The notes under the pieces are model-generated. The model was not told the DNA's origin, ran no database searches, and worked only from the letters and a program-made list of their open reading frames with translations. A stretch of 64,000 bases of DNA, taken from the NCBI GenBank assembly GCA_965217895.1, contig CBDCJV010000002.1:3520001-3584000 (forward strand). The letters run 5' to 3'. This document shows positions 36,125-47,394 of this stretch, piece after piece. Source of the DNA: Waterburya sp. GTDB lineage: Bacteria > Cyanobacteriota > Cyanobacteriia > Cyanobacteriales > Xenococcaceae. Positions within the stretch are counted from its first letter, which is position 1; each line of letters begins with the position of its first letter. The translations under genes and the position numbers were made by a program.

Positions 36125-39100
36125 TTAGTTTGATACTTGCAAGGTAGAACCTTTGTCTCCTTTATAGACTTCAATTCTGGTTTGAAATGCCTCTTTAAAC
36201 TGGGGCATATGAGTGACGGTAAGGATACAGGCAAAATCTGAAGCGATCGCATTTATTGCCCCCACCAGTCGGCTACAGCCTTCAGCATCCTGTGTGCCAA
36301 AACCTTCATCGACAATTAGCATTTGTAGGGATGTGCCTGAGCGTTGAGCGAGTAATTTTGCTAAAGCCAAGCGTATGGAAAAGTTAATCCGAAAGGCTTC
36401 CCCACCAGAATAGGTTTCATAGGCACGAGTGCCACTGGCATCGGCTATCAAAATGTCTAAAGTATCAATAAGCTTAGTTTTTTTCTTAGATGTTCCTTTG
36501 CTAGCTCTTTGAGTCAGAAACTGGACATGAAATTGGTTGCCCGTCAATCGAGCTAAAATTTGGTTAGCCTCAGCTTCTAACTGAGGCAGAATGTTTTCAA
36601 TGGTCAATGCCTGAATGCCGTTTTTACCGAATGCCTGAGTCAATTCTTGATAGATGCGATATTGTTTTTCGTCTTCTTTGAGTTGTTGTTCTGCATTTTG
36701 ATGTTGAACTTGTAAGTTGTCTAGCTGGGTTAAAGATTGTTGAAGCCTACCGCTACGAGAAATTAGCTCGTCTAGCTGTTGACGGCGTTGATGAATTTGT
36801 AGATCTAAAGCCTGTATTTCCTGACGCTTATCAGCAATGTTGTCTTTTTGAGCCAAATGATATTCTAGTTGTGATTGGCTACTTTCCTTACTCTGTAGTC
36901 TTTGTCGTAATAGCTGTTCTAATTCAGCTAGCTTGGCTAGAAATTGAGGATAATCCTGCTGCGCCTTTTGTAATTCTTGGTGTTTTAGCTGCCAAGATTG
37001 AGACTGCCTAAGGGAAGTTAATAGGTTTTGGTGAGTATGGCGATCGTATCCCAATTCTTGGATCTGTTGCTCTAGGAAATTAATTTGCTGCTGGATATCA
37101 GAGTTGACGTACAGTTTTTCTAGGGTGGTTTGCAGATCGCTAAGTTCTTTGAGTAGCTTGGGTTTTTGTGCGTCTAGTTTTCCCTGACGTTTTTTGGCAT
37201 CTTCAATTTTTGCCTGTTTAATTTCTGCCCAATGTAAACTGTTTACTTCGCCTCGGACTAAAGCATGAGTTTTTTCATCGTAACTTAGAGTTTTAAGTTC
37301 TCGATCAACCTGCTGAATTTCTGCCTGCAAGTTCACCGCATAGTGACCATTTTTGAGAGATAGTTCTAGATTTTGCTGTTCTTCTTGAATAGTCTGTAGC
37401 TGTTCATAAATTGCTTCGGTGGCTTCTAGTTGAGCCTCTAGCTGTCCATATTGCTGTTGTAAAGCATCATAAGGAGAAATTTCACGGGATATATCTTGAT
37501 ATTCTTGAATTAATAGCTGTATTTCCTGATCGCAAGTAGATAGCTGTTCTCTTATTACCCAGATTTGTTCTTTGATTTCCTGCTGTTGCTTTTGAGTTTT
37601 GCCGACTACCTGATGCAGATGATGTTCGTCTAATTCGCGATCGCACAAAGGACAGGTGGCATCTGGGTTATCAAGCATCTGTATTTTTTGCAGAAGTTCA
37701 TGTAGCTGTCTTTCATAGATGCGTTGATTTTCCTGTAATTTAGTCTGAAACTCCCTTCTTTCTGTGCCTTTTTCTTTGACTCTATTTTGATATATTCGTT
37801 TTTTATTTAATTCTTCAATTTGGGCATCTACGGTTAATAGCTGATTACGCTTTTCAGGCACTTTTTCAATATCTGATGCCAGCTTTTGAGTGGAATAGTG
37901 TATTTGTTCTAGTTTCGCCGAGAGTTTCGCTTCTTCGCGATTTATTTGTGTCTGTAGCTCGTTTTTTTGCTTAATTAAAGGAGAAATAAGCTCTTGAACT
38001 TTGTCTAATTCTGCTAGCTGTTTACGACTTGCCTCCAGCTTGATTAATGCCGATTCTACGTCTTGAGTTTTAGCGAGAACTTTGGTAATTTCTTGTTCTT
38101 GTTGTTCGATACTTTCGATGCGAGTTTGAATCTGATTAATTTGTAGATTCAACTGGTTTTTTTGCTTTTCTAACTGCTTTTCTAGCTGCTGTTTTTGCTG
38201 TTGGGTTTCTTGGTGAATCGCAAACTTACCCGACAGTTCCTTTTCTTGATTTTGCCAGCTTAGTAGCTGGTTGTAGCCTGTAGTTATTTCTGTTTCTTGT
38301 TTGAGTAAATTATCTGTAGCTGCTAATTGTCCTTGAAAAGCGTTAATATCCTTAGTAGCGCGATCGCAATCTTGGGTTAAATTTTGATACTGAGTTTGTT
38401 GAAAGGCTAGCTGTTTTTCCCAATTGAGTCGCTGATATTCGACTGCCTGTAGCTGTTGAAGCTTAATGCGATCGCCATCTTGAATAGCCTGTAATTGAGT
38501 CAATTCTTGCTTTAACTGAGCTAAATCATCGGCAATCTCTTTTCTTTGAGCTAATTTTTCCACTATCGGCTCTAGACTTTGCTTTAGCTGTTCTATCTTG
38601 CCTTTATATTCTTTTGCCGTATCTTTAGCTTTGATTGCTAACTCTTCATAGCGGTCTAGCTTTAACAGATCTGCTAAGATCTGTTTACGCTCATTTGGAC
38701 GACGCAACATAAATTCATCTGCTCTTCCCTGACGCAAGTATGCAGAGTTAGTAAAAGTATCATAATCTAATTTCAAACAGGAGATAATTTCATCTTGGGT
38801 AGCCCGTAACCCTTTTGCTGTCAGAGAGCGAAAATTACCAGCCTTTGTTTCTACCTGAAATTCTAAAGAACTGCTTTTGCCTCTAGCGCGCGTTCTGATC
38901 ACCCGATAAGTTTGTTGATTGCAGCTAAAATCAAAATCAACGCGGACATTATTACCACCGCTATGAATCACATCATCTTCTGTTCCCGCACGGCTTTTAC
39001 CCCAAATCACCCAGGTGATTGCTTCTAAAAGTGATGACTTGCCTGCACCATTGGCACCACAAATACAGGCGGTATGTAAGCCTCTAAAGTCTAAAGAAGC

Positions 39101-39148
39101 ATCTCGGTAACTGAGAAAGTTTTTTAAGGTTAGCTGCAACGGAATCAT
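36125..39148 (-). CDS. sbcC: SbcC/Rad50 ATPase
   Basis: GANGAGKS, CPLC zinc hook, YSGGE, VDEGFG. Confidence 0.95.
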   Translation of the reverse strand: MIPLQLTLKNFLSYRDASLDFRGLHTACICGANGAGKSSLLEAITWVIWGKSRAGTEDDVIHSGGNNVRVDFDFSCNQQTYRVIRTRARGKSSSLEFQVETKAGNFRSLTAKGLRATQDEIISCLKLDYDTFTNSAYLRQGRADEFMLRRPNERKQILADLLKLDRYEELAIKAKDTAKEYKGKIEQLKQSLEPIVEKLAQRKEIADDLAQLKQELTQLQAIQDGDRIKLQQLQAVEYQRLNWEKQLAFQQTQYQNLTQDCDRATKDINAFQGQLAATDNLLKQETEITTGYNQLLSWQNQEKELSGKFAIHQETQQQKQQLEKQLEKQKNQLNLQINQIQTRIESIEQQEQEITKVLAKTQDVESALIKLEASRKQLAELDKVQELISPLIKQKNELQTQINREEAKLSAKLEQIHYSTQKLASDIEKVPEKRNQLLTVDAQIEELNKKRIYQNRVKEKGTERREFQTKLQENQRIYERQLHELLQKIQMLDNPDATCPLCDRELDEHHLHQVVGKTQKQQQEIKEQIWVIREQLSTCDQEIQLLIQEYQDISREISPYDALQQQYGQLEAQLEATEAIYEQLQTIQEEQQNLELSLKNGHYAVNLQAEIQQVDRELKTLSYDEKTHALVRGEVNSLHWAEIKQAKIEDAKKRQGKLDAQKPKLLKELSDLQTTLEKLYVNSDIQQQINFLEQQIQELGYDRHTHQNLLTSLRQSQSWQLKHQELQKAQQDYPQFLAKLAELEQLLRQRLQSKESSQSQLEYHLAQKDNIADKRQEIQALDLQIHQRRQQLDELISRSGRLQQSLTQLDNLQVQHQNAEQQLKEDEKQYRIYQELTQAFGKNGIQALTIENILPQLEAEANQILARLTGNQFHVQFLTQRASKGTSKKKTKLIDTLDILIADASGTRAYETYSGGEAFRINFSIRLALAKLLAQRSGTSLQMLIVDEGFGTQDAEGCSRLVGAINAIASDFACILTVTHMPQFKEAFQTRIEVYKGDKGSTLQVSN

Positions 39149-39431
39149 ACTCTAAACATTGAGCATTGAACATTAAATATTAAACATTTTTGGTTTCAAA
39201 GCAAATAACCAATGATAATTGATAGATGTTAAATGATAAGACACAATTCTATTTAGTATCTTTACACTAATTTTTAGTCTATGGGCTTAAATCTCCTGGA
39301 TTTTAGCCTTTTATCCCAGGATTACACAAAAATTTACAAAGCGCGACTATAAATAGTTAGGACAAATTAATCAGAAGATAGTCTCAGCAATGAGGCTTGA
39401 GGCTCTAGTTTTCTTTTGATCGGGCAAAAAT

Positions 39432-39977
39432 TCACTTTTCAAATAATTTTGACACTGATATTTCAAGATCTTGAAAAGCAATTGGTTTGACTATTCCTGC
39501 TGACAACTCTAATTGAACCTGATAAGTACCGTTTCCAGGCTGAGTAAAAACAATCAACTCTTGCTTTTTGATGTTTAATACCCAATATTCCTGAATATTT
39601 TCTAAAGCATAAATTTCTTTTTTTTTGCTTAAATCATAAGCTAAAGTTGTATCAGCGATTTCTATTAGCCAAAAAATATCTTGAGGATCGGGATGATGCT
39701 GAAAGTATTTGCTTCTAGATAATTTGACTATCGCAATATCTAGTTCGGGTTCTGAGTTGGAGAGAACAATAGGATGCGCCTCTCGAATCCAGGCTTTGCC
39801 CACAAGCATTTGACGCAAATAATCAGCTATACTTCCACCGTAAGCAGCATGAATCGCACCTTCAGGACTCATCTCTACTAATTCTCCATCAATTAATTGA
39901 ATATGGCGATCGCGGAATATCCCAGCTTCAATCATCTTATGATAATCGGCGAGCGACCATTTTGCTAAAGTCACCAT
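39432..39977 (-). CDS. Uma2-family endonuclease
   Basis: LIDGELVEMSP, EPELDI, IEIADTT, EYWV. Confidence 0.9.
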   Translation of the reverse strand: MVTLAKWSLADYHKMIEAGIFRDRHIQLIDGELVEMSPEGAIHAAYGGSIADYLRQMLVGKAWIREAHPIVLSNSEPELDIAIVKLSRSKYFQHHPDPQDIFWLIEIADTTLAYDLSKKKEIYALENIQEYWVLNIKKQELIVFTQPGNGTYQVQLELSAGIVKPIAFQDLEISVSKLFEK

Positions 39978-40107
39978 GTTGTCATTGTTGCTTACTTTCT
40001 TATCTATAATATTGCAGTATGATTAAGCAAAATTAAGTTCGTAGTTTGTAGTTGGTAGTTAGTAGTCAAAGAAAATTATTTACTACCCACTATCCATTAA
40101 AAGCTAA

Positions 40108-40881
40108 ATGGTAAATGAAATAACAAGAATTGATCGAAGCAATGCTTTGATTGTAGGGGCAAGTCAGGGTATTGGTTTAGGGTTTGTTCGGTCTTTGTTA
40201 CAGCAAGAGAATATTGCTAAAATTTACGCTACCTATCGGCAAAGAGAAACCGCAGATCGGCTATTTGAACTAGAAGCAAAGTTTGGCGATCGCTTAGAAT
40301 GTTTGCAGGTTGATGTCACCGTAGAATCAGATATAGCAGCGGCAGTAGCACACATAAAAGAGTCAAGTAAGCAAATACATCTAGCTATTTATTGCGTTGG
40401 GGTACTCCACGAAGGAGATTTAACCCCAGAAAAAAGCTTAAAACAAATCAACCCTGAGAATTTGCTTTACTCTTTTCAGGTTAATAGTATCGGGGCGGTA
40501 TTGCTAGCTAAACACCTAATGCCTTTATTTAAGAAGGGTCAAACCAGTGTTTTTGCCAGTATTTCCGCCAAAGTTGGCAGTATTGGCGATAATCGCTTAG
40601 GAGGCTGGTATGGCTATCGTGCCTCAAAAGCAGCATTAAATATGTTTCTGAAGACTACGGCGATCGAGTATAGTCGTAGATGCCCCCAAACTATCGTTCT
40701 AGCTTTACATCCAGGTACGACTGATACAAGATTGTCTCAGCCATTTCAAAAAAATGTTCCCCCAGGTAAACTTTTTGCTGTAGAACATACGGTTAAGCTG
40801 TTATCAGAAGTAATTCAACAAGCGGATATTAAAGATAGCGGTAAGTTCTTTTCTTGGGATGGGAGTGAATTACCCTGGTGA
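40108..40881 (+). CDS. SDR oxidoreductase (CsgA/C-factor-like)
   Basis: GASQGIG, YGYRASK, LHPGTTDT. Confidence 0.9.
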   Translation: MVNEITRIDRSNALIVGASQGIGLGFVRSLLQQENIAKIYATYRQRETADRLFELEAKFGDRLECLQVDVTVESDIAAAVAHIKESSKQIHLAIYCVGVLHEGDLTPEKSLKQINPENLLYSFQVNSIGAVLLAKHLMPLFKKGQTSVFASISAKVGSIGDNRLGGWYGYRASKAALNMFLKTTAIEYSRRCPQTIVLALHPGTTDTRLSQPFQKNVPPGKLFAVEHTVKLLSEVIQQADIKDSGKFFSWDGSELPW

Positions 40882-40893
40882 TCGATTATCAAT

Positions 40894-43680
40894 TTAACGC
40901 CAAATAAGAGGCTGAGGTCGCTCGATGCCATATCCTTGAGCATAATCAATACCAATTTGTCTTAGGTTTTGCAGAATAGCTTTGCTCTCGACAAATTCGG
41001 CTATGGTCTTGATGTTCATAATTTGGCTGATATGATTAAAGCATTCTACGGTAGCGTAATCAATTTCATCTTCAGCAATGTTGGTCACAAAACTACCATC
41101 AATTTTTAGATAATCTACAGGTAAATTCTTAAGATAGGTCAGAGAACTCATCCCGCTACCAAAATCATCTAAAGCAATGGAGCAACCCAACTCCTTTAAT
41201 TGCCTGATTAAGATTACGGCATCATTAAGATTGGCGATCGCCACTGTCTCGGTTATTTCAAAGCAAATCGTGGCGGGGGAAATAGCATAGCGAGCAAACT
41301 GCTGCTGGAGAAAAGCATTAAACTCCAGGCTGTTAATGCTTGCCCCTGAAAGATTAATTGTATATAGATGGGAAATAGGCTCTAACTTTTGTTCTTGTCT
41401 TGACTGACAATAGATCTCATAGCCAGTCAAAAAAGTAGTTATCACCCAGCGATCTATAGCTGGCATCAAGCCATAACGCTCGGCAGCAGGAAGAAATGCG
41501 CCAGGGGCAATTATCTTTCCTGAATCATCTATTAAGCGTAAAAGTATTTCATAATGAGAGCAGCCTAGTACATCTTTTGCTTGAGAGCTAGTATCCTGCT
41601 GAAAAGTGCGATCGCCATCTTTTTCAATCGCCATTATTTTTTGAGCGTAAAGGCAGAAGCGATGAGACCCCCTAAAGGGTTCAGCAGTTCCTACAACGGA
41701 GGAAACCTCCGCAACGGACTGCTTCACCGCGCCGCCGACAGGCGCACTGGGTAGCGCATCAAGAGAACGATCTTCTTCTAAGGCTCGGTTTAATTTTTCA
41801 ATCCACTGTCTTTCACCACGCTGTTGAGCTACCAAAATATCATGTTCGTGATATAAATAAACACAATTGCCACCTCTTTCTTTGGCTGCATAACAGGCTG
41901 CATCGGTTGTGCTTAGTAAGTTGGTTAAGCTTTGGGTGGTTGCGGTTATTTCTACCAAACCAATACTAACTCCAACCCGAAATACTTTATCTTCCCAAAC
42001 AAAACGAAATTCTTCAATTAGCTGCCTTAGTTGATTGGCAATAGTTTGTGCCATTTTGATCGAGCATTGATGAAACAAAATCCCAAATTCGTCTCCGCCT
42101 ACACGGGCAAAAACATCTAGAGTCCGAATTCTTTTACTTAATAATTTAGATATTTGTCTTAGTAGTTCATCTCCAGCAGCATGACCACAGGTATCGTTAA
42201 CAATCTTAAATCGATCTAGATCTAGATAACAAAGAGCGTGATGAGATTGGCGATAGCGAGCATCTTTAATCGCCCTAGCTACATATTCCTCAAACTTGCT
42301 TCGATTGCATAATCTGGTCAAGGGATCGTGACTTGCTTGCCAAGCTAATTTACGAGCTATTCGTCGCGCTTGGGTAACATCTCGAAAGGTAATAACTGCT
42401 CCAATTATTTTGCCTTGGCGATCTTTGATGGGTGATACTAAACCTTCGATCGCATATTTTTTTTTGCCATTACGGGCAATTAGCAAGTTTTTGCCAGGAA
42501 GCCGATAGACATTATTCTCTTGAACAACTTTCTCGATTGGATTGATTACAGGCTTTTGGGTCGATTCCTGAATCATCTGAAAAACCTTAGCTAAAGGTTT
42601 TCCCAGAGCTTCTTCAGATTGCCAGCCTGTTAAATGTTCGCCAATCGGATTAATATATTTGACTCGACCATAATCGTCGGTAGTAATAACAGCATCACCA
42701 ATGGACTCTAGAGTTACTTGAGCTAGTTCTTTTTCGATAAACAGATTATTTAACTCGGCTTCTTTACGTTGAGTGATGTCTTTTGCCACCCAGATAACAC
42801 TAGTTTCGGATACAGGAGCAATATCAACACAAAACCAGATTAGCAAATCATCAAGCTGTAAGCTATATTCAAAATCTATTCCTTGCTGAGTTTGCAAGAT
42901 TTTCTGGATCAGTGTTTGATATTTATTAGCTATAGGATCGTGAAATAGTTGGGCTTGGGTTTTTTCAATAATTTGATTGACGATGATGTCATCATATAAA
43001 TCAAAAAATTTGGTAGGCAAAATCAGAATCGAATTACTATTGAGTTCGACGGTAAAGACCAACTCATTCATACCTGCAAATACAGCCCGCATTTGAGCCT
43101 CGCAAGACTTTAACTTTTCCTGTAACAATATTTTTTCAATATTTAGTTGCGAAAATATTAATAAGCCACTAATTTGTCCTGCAAAATTGCGCCAAGGATG
43201 TATTTCCCAAAGCAGCTTGTCTATTTTGCCATCGGACTTGCCGAAATCTTTTTCATGCTTTAAAACTTCTACCTTGCCCGCTATACAGTCTTGATAATCT
43301 TGTCTCCAGTCTGGAGGAATTTTAGGAAAAACTTTGTAATGAGTCAAACCAATAATATTTTTTTTTAGCTGATAATCATCAACAAAGCGATCGCTAACTG
43401 CTAAATAGTGCATTTCTCGGTCTAATATGGCGATCGCCACTGGAATATGCAAAATAAATGAACTCAATAGCTGCTGATTGTCTTGCACCATCAGTTCGCT
43501 ATTTTTCTGTTGTTCAATTGCCTGCCTTAATTGCTCTGTTTGTTGTTTTAAAATGTTAAATAGATTACAAATATTCTCCTGATTCAAAACTTTAGTTGTT
43601 TGAGAAAAGTTTAATTCGTGAGAATCGATTATTTCTTCAAGCTTAGATAATAGAATTTCTAAATTACTATCGCTAGACAT
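40894..43680 (-). CDS. PAS-GGDEF-EAL c-di-GMP enzyme
   Basis: Several PAS domains, GGDEF, EIL, DDFGSG; carries a 36-aa repeat-derived insert. Confidence 0.92.
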   Translation of the reverse strand: MSSDSNLEILLSKLEEIIDSHELNFSQTTKVLNQENICNLFNILKQQTEQLRQAIEQQKNSELMVQDNQQLLSSFILHIPVAIAILDREMHYLAVSDRFVDDYQLKKNIIGLTHYKVFPKIPPDWRQDYQDCIAGKVEVLKHEKDFGKSDGKIDKLLWEIHPWRNFAGQISGLLIFSQLNIEKILLQEKLKSCEAQMRAVFAGMNELVFTVELNSNSILILPTKFFDLYDDIIVNQIIEKTQAQLFHDPIANKYQTLIQKILQTQQGIDFEYSLQLDDLLIWFCVDIAPVSETSVIWVAKDITQRKEAELNNLFIEKELAQVTLESIGDAVITTDDYGRVKYINPIGEHLTGWQSEEALGKPLAKVFQMIQESTQKPVINPIEKVVQENNVYRLPGKNLLIARNGKKKYAIEGLVSPIKDRQGKIIGAVITFRDVTQARRIARKLAWQASHDPLTRLCNRSKFEEYVARAIKDARYRQSHHALCYLDLDRFKIVNDTCGHAAGDELLRQISKLLSKRIRTLDVFARVGGDEFGILFHQCSIKMAQTIANQLRQLIEEFRFVWEDKVFRVGVSIGLVEITATTQSLTNLLSTTDAACYAAKERGGNCVYLYHEHDILVAQQRGERQWIEKLNRALEEDRSLDALPSAPVGGAVKQSVAEVSSVVGTAEPFRGSHRFCLYAQKIMAIEKDGDRTFQQDTSSQAKDVLGCSHYEILLRLIDDSGKIIAPGAFLPAAERYGLMPAIDRWVITTFLTGYEIYCQSRQEQKLEPISHLYTINLSGASINSLEFNAFLQQQFARYAISPATICFEITETVAIANLNDAVILIRQLKELGCSIALDDFGSGMSSLTYLKNLPVDYLKIDGSFVTNIAEDEIDYATVECFNHISQIMNIKTIAEFVESKAILQNLRQIGIDYAQGYGIERPQPLIWR
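41660..41771. repeat. 108-bp in-frame composite repeat insertion
   Basis: CGAT repeated at 41660 and 41768; GC-rich insert whose core matches 35609-35647. Confidence 0.8.
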
Positions 43681-44433
43681 AATGTAATGCAATATTTGCC
43701 GATGTAAAATTAGTAGTGTTTTAACTGTTCAAAATATAGAATTAATCAGGACTGGTTTAAAAAAATCAAGTATTTCATTAAGCAATTTTGAACTAAGATA
43801 AACTTTTAATTAAAAAGCGAAGGTTATATTTAAACTTACTATTCCCATTTAATTGTCTTTAGTAACGTTAAAACTGATACAAAACTAAAACCAATAGTGG
43901 TTATATTAGTATTCTATTGTCAATTGATTTTTAGATTGAGATTTGATCATGCCGTTTATTGTTATTTTTAGTTTAAAGCAGATAGGTTGCATTGCCATAA
44001 TAAAACTTTTATGGTGAATAAAGTTGCTACCGCGATTAGGAGAAAAATATAAACAAAATATTAAGCCTTGCTAATTAAGCCCTGCTCAATATCTAATTAA
44101 GTATTTTCACCGTTAACTTATTGTTTCATTGTCACTACTATTATCTACAACCTGCTTAAAATCAGCCGATTTTGAGAAGTTCTGACCAAGCAAAGCATTT
44201 GCCAGCAATAATAAATTAGGCATTAGCCCTCAATTATTGCTGACAAACTAATACTTCAAATACTACTAAAGTATGATGATGCAAATTTTGTGAAAGAATA
44301 TATTACTAGCAATATCAGAACAAAATAGAAAAGTAGTCTGTATTCTCAAAGTCAGGATTGATCGGTAAGAATTCATTTGGCATCAAGACCAGATATTATC
44401 TTTCTAACCACTAAGTTCTTTAAATTAAAAATT

Positions 44434-44634
44434 ATGATTCCTCTTCCTCTTGAATCTGAGTTACAGGTTATTCGTCTCAAACGCTACTTAGATAAATATC
44501 CTGAAGAAGCTTTCGAGCTAGCAATACAGCATTACGAAGACTTTCTTGCTTTAGCAGTGGAGTATAAAAAGCTCAAAGCAGAATTAAAATTGATGCCGAT
44601 GCCTGTGAGTAATCTTAGTAACTCTCAAAAGTAA
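44434..44634 (+). CDS. Small hypothetical protein
   Basis: MIPLPLESELQ... helical ORF. Confidence 0.45.
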   Translation: MIPLPLESELQVIRLKRYLDKYPEEAFELAIQHYEDFLALAVEYKKLKAELKLMPMPVSNLSNSQK

Positions 44635-44862
44635 CTAAACTAGGGCAGCAATAAAATAAACTGTTAGATTAAATCCTGTTTGGATTGAATACTTTAAAGT
44701 GATGTAAGCTGATTGACTAACAAAACTTGTAAAACTTTTGGCTTGTCGTAGGTTAGGTTACGCTACCGCTAACTCAACAAAATTAATCAAGCTACTGGGT
44801 TTCACGTTATTTTACCCACCTGCAATCCATTTTCATAAATTAAAGTACTTTATGAATCAGAC

Positions 44863-45702
44863 TTAACTTTTGTGAGCCATCTGCATCATAGAAAGGTAAG
44901 TCAACTGTAGCTGATTGTCAAAGTTAAGTTGCAAAATCTGCCTCAACTCAGCAAAAAAACGATCTTTCTGCTCTGTTTGCAACCTAATATACGGCGATAG
45001 GGTACTCAACAGAGTTAGATAATCATCAATGCTGTAGTTAACCTTGTTGATTAAATATTCTTCTGTTAAATCTTCAAAATAGCCCGAATTAATTACTTCC
45101 TGTCCCATTTTGCCCAGGTTTTCTTGGTAATTTGCCAAAGTTTCATATTTATTTAACTCAGGTGCATGATTCTGATAAATGTCTGTCAGTGCTTGGTACA
45201 CTTTGTAATTAAGTTGAGGCGGTGTATTCCACAGTAAAATTAACAAGCCATCTTCTTTTAAAGCTGCTGCTGTTTTTTGCGTTCTAATTTCTGGAGTTAG
45301 CCAGTGAAAAGAAGTTGTCGCCACCACCAGATCAAATTTTTGGTTAGTTAACTCCCAATCTTCAAAAGTGGTATTAATAAACTGGACATTTGGATAAGCT
45401 GCACATTTTTGTTGAGCTAATTTACAGGCTGGGAGACTCGGCTCAAGACAGATCATGTCCACGCCCATTTTGGCAAATTCAATACTAGCAATACCTGGTC
45501 CCGCACCGATTTCTAGCACGGCTTTTAATGAGTGTAACTGAGCTATTTCTTGCAGATGTGCCAGGATTTTTGCAGGGTAGCGCGGTCTAGTGCGCTCATA
45601 AGCCTGTGCTACTTCACTATACCAATTATTTTTGTCGCCACAGCGATAAATATTATTTAATATATTTGATAGGTTTGAATTCGAGGCTTCTGAGTCGCTC
45701 AT
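44863..45702 (-). CDS. Class I SAM-dependent methyltransferase
   Basis: RPRYP, EIGAGPG, SFHW. Confidence 0.88.
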   Translation of the reverse strand: MSDSEASNSNLSNILNNIYRCGDKNNWYSEVAQAYERTRPRYPAKILAHLQEIAQLHSLKAVLEIGAGPGIASIEFAKMGVDMICLEPSLPACKLAQQKCAAYPNVQFINTTFEDWELTNQKFDLVVATTSFHWLTPEIRTQKTAAALKEDGLLILLWNTPPQLNYKVYQALTDIYQNHAPELNKYETLANYQENLGKMGQEVINSGYFEDLTEEYLINKVNYSIDDYLTLLSTLSPYIRLQTEQKDRFFAELRQILQLNFDNQLQLTYLSMMQMAHKS

Positions 45703-45889
45703 AATTTTTTAATTTAAATAATAAAATTTACATAATTTAATAATTGTTGCTATAATCAGATACATAAGTTAACAAACACGAATTTGTAACAACTTATATA
45801 TTTAGTTTTTATTTTGAACTATTAACTTAATTTTGCTCTAAGAGCGATGCTCAGAGCGAACTATCTTCTCAAAAAGAATTTCTCCTATG

Positions 45890-45918
45890 TAACCTCAGTC
45901 TGGTAGCTGAGGTTTTTT
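45890..45918 (+). terminator. Intrinsic terminator
   Basis: AACCTCAG-N8-CTGAGGTTTTTT. Confidence 0.7.
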
Positions 45919-45988
45919 CATTGACTGAAGTTATAAGTTAGCAATTTGCTAGTATGTTTCTAACTCATAATTTAAGATCAAATAGTCA

Positions 45989-46636
45989 GTGACAATTAAA
46001 TTAGATCATCTATTCATTTATTGCCAGGTAAATGCACCAGAAATTGAGCGAATTCTAGACCTGGGAATAACTGAGGGGCGATCGAATACTCACCCAGGAC
46101 AAGGTACAGCTAATCGATGTATTTTTTTTGAGAATGCAATGCTAGAATTTCTTTGGGTGATGGACAAAGAGGAAGTTTCTAGCCCAACTGTTGCACCAAC
46201 AAAACTTGAGGAAAGATCGCGTTATCATGAAACAGGTTATTCTCCTGTCGGAATTGGTTTTCGTCGTAGCAAGATAGGAGAAGCTTTACCGTTTAATACC
46301 TGGGCATACCGTCCTGCTTATTTGCCTGCTCAACTTCAAATTGATATAGCTAGAGGTATTAAACCTCATGAACCACTACTGTTTGCGATTCCTTTTAGTG
46401 AAAAGACTTATAGTAAATCTATAAATCATGCCAGTGGCATCAAAAAGGTTACGAATGTAGAAATTATTATTCTCTCTCCTCAACCATTTTCTGATGCGAT
46501 TAATATAGTTCAACAGTCTGATCTGGTTAAATTTATTGCAGGAAAAGAGCATTTATTAACCATAGAGTTTGATCGATCCATTCAACAACAGACCATAGAC
46601 TTTAGACCTCATCTACCTCTGCAATTTCGTTGGTAG
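45989..46636 (+). CDS. VOC/glyoxalase-like protein
   Basis: LDHLFI, HPGQGTANRCIFF..MLEFL. Confidence 0.8.
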   Translation: MTIKLDHLFIYCQVNAPEIERILDLGITEGRSNTHPGQGTANRCIFFENAMLEFLWVMDKEEVSSPTVAPTKLEERSRYHETGYSPVGIGFRRSKIGEALPFNTWAYRPAYLPAQLQIDIARGIKPHEPLLFAIPFSEKTYSKSINHASGIKKVTNVEIIILSPQPFSDAINIVQQSDLVKFIAGKEHLLTIEFDRSIQQQTIDFRPHLPLQFRW

Positions 46637-46654
46637 TTGATTAATTTGATTGGT

Positions 46655-47278
46655 TTATTCTATTGATTCAGGAATAGCTGAGAAACCATTGTAACGATTC
46701 ATAGATTTTTCTACCCCTTCTTTTAAACTCAATTCGATCGCTTTGATCGCAGCGCATAATACCTCTTCAATAGCTGGAATTTCTTGGGGAGTAAACTTGC
46801 CTAAAACGTGATTTATAGTTTCTTTCTTGCCATCAGATTTACCAATACCAATTCTTAAACGAGGAAAGTCTTTGACTCCCAAATGAGCAATAATTGACTT
46901 CGTACCATTATGTCCCCCAGCCGATCCCGATTGCCGTATTCGTAATCTGCCAACAGGTAAATCGAGATCATCATAGATAACCAATACAGATTGAGCCTGA
47001 ATTTTATACCAGTCTGTCACTGCTCTTACTGATTGTCCTGAGCGATTCATATAGGTTAGGGGTTTGAGCAAACGAACTTTTGTTCCTCCTGGTGCAATTC
47101 CCTCAGCAAACAAACCTTGAAAACGTTTGTTTTCTTGCAACGGCATTTGCCAAATTTTAGCTAATTCATCAACTGCTGCGAAGCCAATATTATGCCTGGT
47201 GCGATCGTATTTTGGTTCAGGATTACCCAAACCAATAATTAGTTCGGGAAAAACAGGTGCAGTTGAATCGGAAGTCAC
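46655..47278 (-). CDS. pth: Peptidyl-tRNA hydrolase
   Basis: GLGNP, TRHNIG, KPLTYMN.SG, GGHNG. Confidence 0.96.
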   Translation of the reverse strand: MTSDSTAPVFPELIIGLGNPEPKYDRTRHNIGFAAVDELAKIWQMPLQENKRFQGLFAEGIAPGGTKVRLLKPLTYMNRSGQSVRAVTDWYKIQAQSVLVIYDDLDLPVGRLRIRQSGSAGGHNGTKSIIAHLGVKDFPRLRIGIGKSDGKKETINHVLGKFTPQEIPAIEEVLCAAIKAIELSLKEGVEKSMNRYNGFSAIPESIE

Positions 47279-47394
47279 AAGATTCTTAACGAGGAATGAA
47301 TGATTAGGGATAAAGGATGAGGATTTTTTAAAACACTATCTCTCATCCCGATCGACAAAAGTTGGGTAAGTGGTATCTAACTCTTTATTTCAGT

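Noticed and set aside
39255..39270. LexA-like box upstream of sbcC
   Set aside because: Three mismatches to the cyanobacterial consensus; too weak.
43700..44370. Long AT-rich intergenic region
   Set aside because: No repeat, RNA structure or ORF recognisable by eye.
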